From positions 1-37,845 of IMG/VR virus record IMGVR_UViG_3300045988_066923: a stretch of 37,845 nucleotides of DNA; one strand, written 5' to 3'. Positions 34,342 to 37,845 of this stretch are shown one piece after another; the first letter of the stretch is position 1, and the number at the start of each line of letters is the position of its first letter. Both the position numbers and the translations under genes were made by a program. The DNA comes from a virus. Below the pieces are notes generated by a model that was not told where the DNA came from, did not search any database, and worked only from the letters and a program-made list of their open reading frames with translations.

Positions 34342-34695
34342 TTATTCCTCCTCTAAATCTGCTTGCAGCTTGTCGAACCATGCTTCTGTTTCCGCCCGGC
34401 AGTGGGCTGCGTACTCTTCGTATGTTTCGAAATCCCCGATAATGTATCGGATATTGGTAAGTCTATAGATTTCGAATGTGTGGATATCCGCGAAGCGTTC
34501 CGCAATCTTATGCCCTTGCAGGTTCTTGCCGTAAGGTTCGTCTCCTACTGGAGCCATAACCTTCGCCAGAATTTCCGTTTGTTCCTCATACCATGCGTTG
34601 CGTTCCTCCTGCGTCTCAAACCGCATCGGTTCCTGCGCGCGACCGGCGGCGCTTCCGGCCTTCATGATTCTGGTGATTTCCTCTACGTTTTCCAT
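34342..34695 (-). CDS. Acidic protein, unknown function
   Basis: Trimmed to the ATG at 34695 after AAGGAGGA. 117 aa, Glu-rich, with a C-terminal DLEEE. Confidence 0.65.
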   Translation of the reverse strand: MENVEEITRIMKAGSAAGRAQEPMRFETQEERNAWYEEQTEILAKVMAPVGDEPYGKNLQGHKIAERFADIHTFEIYRLTNIRYIIGDFETYEEYAAHCRAETEAWFDKLQADLEEE

Positions 34696-34711
34696 TGTTG
34701 TTTCCTCCTTC

Positions 34712-35266
34712 TCAGCCCAACGCGTCAATGAGCTTCGACGCGTTGGACTCCGTTACGATCAGCTCAAGCTTTTTTACAACATCGACGATTGTAATCTTGG
34801 AAGTGCGGGCTACGATTGCCGGGCGGTTTTTCGTGAACCATGCTTCGACGGACAGGCCCTCCGATTCCGCCCGCTTCTCTGCTGCGGCGTGCCATTCTTC
34901 ACTCATGTTTTCGAGCCGGACTTTATCTTCCACCGCGAAGAATCTGGCGAGCTTTACGTGGCAGCCCGCAAGATCACGAGAGATGAATTCGTCGCGCAGG
35001 GCCTCTGCATAGGAAATCTGCTTTTCGGAAACGCCGGTGATCTTGGGAAGCGGATGCTCGGTGCCGAACTCGGCGGCAATGTATGCGTCTAGTTTAGCCT
35101 TTGCTTCTGCTTTTTTCGCTGCGGCGTAGCAGGACGGGCAGACAGTAACGTGTTCCGCCGCCCACTCTTCGTAGGAAGCAGCGGCGCTGCTATTGGCGCA
35201 AGTGCGGACGTGCTCGAACGTGCCCCCACAGATTTCGCATTTGCAAGTAATCTTCGCCTTTGCCAT
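34712..35266 (-). CDS. Zinc-ribbon protein, unknown function
   Basis: GGAGGG SD. N-terminus CKCEIC...17 aa...C...CPSC. Central LPKITGVSEKQISYAEALRDEF. First gene of the cassette. Confidence 0.7.
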   Translation of the reverse strand: MAKAKITCKCEICGGTFEHVRTCANSSAAASYEEWAAEHVTVCPSCYAAAKKAEAKAKLDAYIAAEFGTEHPLPKITGVSEKQISYAEALRDEFISRDLAGCHVKLARFFAVEDKVRLENMSEEWHAAAEKRAESEGLSVEAWFTKNRPAIVARTSKITIVDVVKKLELIVTESNASKLIDALG

Positions 35267-35311
35267 TGTCGTTGCCCTCCATAATTTGTTTTTGTTTTAT
35301 CTTATGGCTTT

Positions 35312-35340
35312 ATTATATACCGTAATACCGTATATGTCAA
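35312..35340 (-). promoter_or_regulatory. Consensus sigma-70 promoter TTGACA - 17 nt - TATAAT (minus strand) with the tandem repeat TACGGTA-T-TACGGTA in the spacer
   Basis: -35 at 35335-35340 and -10 at 35312-35317. The spacer at 35318-35334 reads TATACGGTATTACGGTA on the minus strand. Confidence 0.8.
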
Positions 35341-35388
35341 GCACTTTTCAAAAAAATTTTTAAAAAGTATCGAGAATGACAGGTGGTA

Positions 35389-35426
35389 CACAAATGCCCC
35401 GGAAGTGTCCCACAAATGTCCCCCGG
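35389..35426 (+). repeat. Direct repeat CACAAATG(C/T)CCCC(C)GG x2 with 22-bp phasing, upstream of the plus-strand cassette
   Basis: Copies at 35389-35402 and 35411-35426. The second runs into the hairpin CCCCGG-CGAAA-CCGGGG (35421-35437). Confidence 0.5.
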
Positions 35427-35473
35427 CGAAACCGGGGAGCTACTAAAATGGTATCAGAAAGGGGCGATACCGC

Positions 35474-35974
35474 ATGGCATACAACCCGTATACGGGCCGT
35501 TGGGAAATGGATCCCGCACAGCAGATCCAGATGCAGCCCATGCCGCGGCCGCAGATGCCGCAAATGCCGCAGCAGCCGCCGAAGCTCGGCGTTCTGACCG
35601 TGGCCAGCGAAGCCAGCATCAACAATCTGCAGATGCAGCCGAACGACAACGCGCTTGCGCTGCATGAGACAGAGAATCTGCTGTACTACATCCGCACCGA
35701 CAGCATGGCAGCAAAGACCATTGCACGGTTCCGGATCTTCCCGGAGCCGACGGAAGAGGAAAAGGCGGCGAACCAGCTGCAGGAGCAGCTGAGGCAGATC
35801 ACAGACGGCCTGCAGAGCATGGCCGGAAAAATTGAGGAAATGGAGGGAAAACTCAATGCAAAATCCGATTATGGCCCTGATGGGCGGAAACGGCGGGGGA
35901 AGCAAACTGCTGAACGGCCTGCTGCAGACGGCGAAGACGACGCTGCAGGGGCAAAGCCCGCAGATGGTGCTTAG
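35474..35974 (+). CDS. Gln/Pro/Met-rich N-terminus protein, unknown function
   Basis: MAYNPYTGRWEMDPAQQIQMQPMPRPQMPQMPQQPP..., then a globular segment and a coiled-coil-like segment. The last ~40 codons overlap the next gene. Confidence 0.6.
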   Translation: MAYNPYTGRWEMDPAQQIQMQPMPRPQMPQMPQQPPKLGVLTVASEASINNLQMQPNDNALALHETENLLYYIRTDSMAAKTIARFRIFPEPTEEEKAANQLQEQLRQITDGLQSMAGKIEEMEGKLNAKSDYGPDGRKRRGKQTAERPAADGEDDAAGAKPADGA

Positions 35975-36065
35975 TTTCCTGGCTTCGCAGCCCGGCTTTG
36001 AGGCGTGGTTCGAGGTGAACAAAAACAAGACGGTCGGCGAGCTCGTCGGCCAGATCGGCAAGTGA
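35856..36065 (+). CDS. Small protein (69 aa), unknown function
   Basis: ATG at 35856, 8 nt after GGAGGG. MQNPIMALMGGNGGGSKLLNGLLQ... Confidence 0.5.
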   Translation: MQNPIMALMGGNGGGSKLLNGLLQTAKTTLQGQSPQMVLSFLASQPGFEAWFEVNKNKTVGELVGQIGK

Positions 36066-36119
36066 TACCGCGCGCAAGCGCCTATCAAAATTCATTCCAC
36101 CCAGAAAGGAGGGAAAACC

Positions 36120-36686
36120 ATGGATAAGGATTATGGCTTCGGCGGATGGGGCATTGTCATCCTGATCGCGCTGTTCTTCCTGCTCTTCGCGGGCAGAGGC
36201 TTCGGCGGAAACGGCAGCGGCGAGAGCGCACCGGCTACGCAGGCCGACGTGCAGCGCGCGACGGACTTTGCGGCCCTTGAACGCCAGAACAACGAGGGTG
36301 TCGCGGCAACGCGCCAGGGCGCGTATGACGTCACCAGCGCCGTCAAGGACAACGCCTACAACATCCTCGGCGAGCTGCGCGATCTGCAGTCAGTCACGGA
36401 GGCGGGCTTCTCCAGCCAGCAGAAATGCTGCTGCGAGATCCTGCGTGCGATCGACGGCGTTAACTACAACGCCAGCATCAACGCATGCGAGATCAAGACG
36501 GCGATCCACACCGAGGGCGAGGCGACCCGGACGCTCCTGCAGCAGCAGGAGAACCAGCGTCTGCGCGATGAGCTTGCACAGAGCAGAGCCGCGAACAACG
36601 ACTATATGCAGTCGCAGTACATCCTCGGCCAGCTGGGACGGTACTACCAGAACCCGCCCTGCAATCCGTGCGGCTGCGGCGGCTGA
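36120..36686 (+). CDS. Gly-rich N-terminal TM protein with a CCC motif and a C-terminal CNPCGCGG
   Basis: AAAGGAGGG SD. N-terminus GFGGWGIVILIALFFLLFAGRGFGGNGSG, mid-protein QQKCCCEIL, and C-terminus YYQNPPCNPCGCGG. Confidence 0.7.
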   Translation: MDKDYGFGGWGIVILIALFFLLFAGRGFGGNGSGESAPATQADVQRATDFAALERQNNEGVAATRQGAYDVTSAVKDNAYNILGELRDLQSVTEAGFSSQQKCCCEILRAIDGVNYNASINACEIKTAIHTEGEATRTLLQQQENQRLRDELAQSRAANNDYMQSQYILGQLGRYYQNPPCNPCGCGG

Positions 36687-36761
36687 CACGGGTACACCCT
36701 GATATAGCTATCCGGGGCATAATGCCCCTTGAAATAAAGCCAAAAGAAAGGAGCTTTAAAA

Positions 36762-37220
36762 ATGGCTTGCAATAGCGGAAATGGAAACCGGGCGTATCAG
36801 AAATCCTGCGTCCGATATTTTAATAACTCGCCCCAGCTGCTCGCGGCTGACAGCGCAAACGTGCTGACTCTGGCCGGGGCAAAGGTCGTCAACTCCGGAT
36901 CGTCCATCCAGGTCGAGCCGCAGAGCTATGATACGGTCAAGATCGGCCTGTACCATCTGGCCGCGGACGCGGTCATCGCGGCGACGGCCGCGGGCGTCCT
37001 GACCCTGCAGTGGTACATGGACGGCGTCGCACTGCCCTGCACACTCAAACGGATCACACTGCCGGCCTCTGGCAATGCGGAAATCCACACGGAGACGGAC
37101 TTGGAACTCTCCGGGTGCTGCTGCTGCGTCAACCACACATTCACGCTCGTGGCGACAACCGACAGCACGGCGGCAGGCTCCGTGATCGAGCTCTGCACGG
37201 GCCTGCTGAAACTCGCGTGA
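36762..37220 (+). CDS. BclA-C-terminal-like (TNF/C1q-type jelly-roll) protein with a CCCC run
   Basis: AAAGGAG SD. Beta-rich pattern GLYHLAADAVIAATAAGVLTLQWYMDGVALP...FTLVATT...LLKLA resembles BclA_C-type domains. Contains SGCCCCVNH. Confidence 0.6.
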   Translation: MACNSGNGNRAYQKSCVRYFNNSPQLLAADSANVLTLAGAKVVNSGSSIQVEPQSYDTVKIGLYHLAADAVIAATAAGVLTLQWYMDGVALPCTLKRITLPASGNAEIHTETDLELSGCCCCVNHTFTLVATTDSTAAGSVIELCTGLLKLA

Positions 37221-37229
37221 GGTGCTGAC

Positions 37230-37718
37230 ATGGATGAGATTGCAGCGTACAAGAGCAAGCTGCACGAAGCGCTCAAAAAGGAGATGGCCGCGCCCATCTC
37301 CTGCAGAAGCGTCAGTAACTGCACAATGCTGATGGACGCGATCTGCGCAGCTGACAAGCTGAGCGATAAGCCGAGCACTTACGCACAACACTTCGATCGC
37401 GAAGAGGCCATGCAGTGGGCGGACAGGATGCAGAACGCAGACGGATCGACCGGCCCGCATTGGACGATGGAGCAGACAACGGCCATTGCGGACAGCATGG
37501 GCATCCAAGAGCATGAAATCCCGCACTGGGCGTGGGGCGTGACCATGAACATGATGTACTCGGATTACTACCCCGTCGCGGTAGAATTCGGCCTCAACCG
37601 CCCGGAATTCTACGCAGCCCTCGCCAAAGCGTTTTTGCTCGACAAAGACGGCCCCGGCCCGGAGCGGAAGCTGATGGAGTATTATGAGCATATTGCAAAG
37701 CGCAGTGTCCAATCCTGA
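37230..37718 (+). CDS. Conserved-looking protein of unknown function (HWTMEQT ... NMMYSDYY motifs)
   Basis: GAGGTG SD. Last gene before the right att repeat. Confidence 0.7.
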   Translation: MDEIAAYKSKLHEALKKEMAAPISCRSVSNCTMLMDAICAADKLSDKPSTYAQHFDREEAMQWADRMQNADGSTGPHWTMEQTTAIADSMGIQEHEIPHWAWGVTMNMMYSDYYPVAVEFGLNRPEFYAALAKAFLLDKDGPGPERKLMEYYEHIAKRSVQS

Positions 37719-37725
37719 CACGAAT

Positions 37726-37743
37726 GCTAACAGCTTCGCTAAC
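37726..37743. repeat. GCTAAC x2 with 12-bp phasing; candidate arm-type integrase sites in the right arm
   Basis: Copies at 37726-37731 and 37738-37743. Followed by GAATATG x2 (37751-37757, 37762-37768). Confidence 0.35.
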
Positions 37744-37790
37744 TTGCATTGAATATGACTGGAATATGGTCATTTTGCGTACATAACAGT

Positions 37791-37845
37791 GGGTTCGATT
37801 CCCCTCAGCTCCACCATGTAAAACCAAAACCCGCAGTTGATAAAA
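37791..37845. repeat. Right copy of the 55-bp terminal direct repeat (att core / attR)
   Basis: Exact identity to 1-55. The bases just upstream (..acagt) give a T-C mismatch in the would-be T-stem, so tRNA identity starts at the repeat edge. The window ends here, so the repeat could be longer. Confidence 0.9.

Larger units (their letters stand above)
1..37845. mobile_element. Complete temperate siphovirus-type phage genome (integrated prophage or circularly closed contig) with HK97-type head module
   Basis: Canonical module order int - switch - replication - HNH/terminase - portal/protease/capsid - connectors - tail - lysis. Bases 1-55 are identical to 37791-37845. Confidence 0.9.

Noticed and set aside
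33580-34356. 258-aa plus-strand ORF across the minus-strand cassette
   Set aside because: It starts inside the late terminator, and no SD is present. The opposite strand carries four compact ORFs with strong SDs and tight coupling.
35448-35597. Alternative ATG with a GGGGAG SD giving a 49-aa Arg/Cys/Ser-rich peptide upstream of and overlapping the 35474 gene
   Set aside because: The composition looks like an off-frame reading of the Gln/Pro/Met-rich gene, and the 35474 frame gives a natural protein sequence. Not fully excluded.
1-37845. Search for CRISPR arrays, reverse transcriptase/DGR template-variable repeats, retron-like structures, transposases and rRNA or complete tRNA genes
   Set aside because: I found no regularly spaced repeat array, no RT-like (YxDD) ORF, no transposase-like ORF and no full cloverleaf by eye. 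The only tRNA-like sequence is the 3' fragment in the terminal repeats.

Overview
The window is one complete temperate tailed-phage genome of about 37.8 kb from a high-GC Firmicute; a Clostridia/Oscillospiraceae-like host is only my inference. Bases 1-55 are identical to 37791-37845. That repeat carries the 3' end of a tRNA gene (T-loop, acceptor strand, CCA), so it is either the attL/attR pair of a tRNA-integrated prophage or a single attP seen twice in a circularly closed contig.

Gene order, left to right:
- Lysogeny: a tyrosine integrase (minus strand), three membrane-associated lysogeny-side genes, and a CI-like/Cro-like switch with two back-to-back near-consensus promoters and three CAAC-N5-GTTG operators.
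- Early genes: more XRE regulators, a replisome organiser with an internal iteron/AT-rich ori candidate, a DnaB helicase, a ParA/ParB-like pair, and a run of small ORFs.
- An HUH rolling-circle Rep-like gene preceded by a hairpin, then a Cys-rich KTR protein.
- Packaging and head: HNH endonuclease, a GC-rich cos-like inverted-repeat region, an apparently fused small+large terminase ORF, and an HK97-type portal/protease/capsid.
- Tail: connectors, major tail protein, G/GT chaperone with an A-run -1 slippery site, tape measure, and tail tip/fibre genes.
- Lysis: a cassette with an embedded DUF4406-like gene.

Two accessory cassettes at the right end are the most interesting parts:
- (i) A five-gene minus-strand operon with a perfect TTGACA-17-TATAAT promoter and a tandem repeat in the spacer. 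It encodes small acidic proteins and ends in a ribbon-helix-helix gene. This is an anti-defence (acr-aca-like) or TA-like architecture.
- (ii) A five-gene plus-strand cassette encoding a Gly-rich membrane protein and a BclA-C/TNF-like protein, both with consecutive-cysteine runs.

All functional calls rest on motifs read from the translations. No database search was run.
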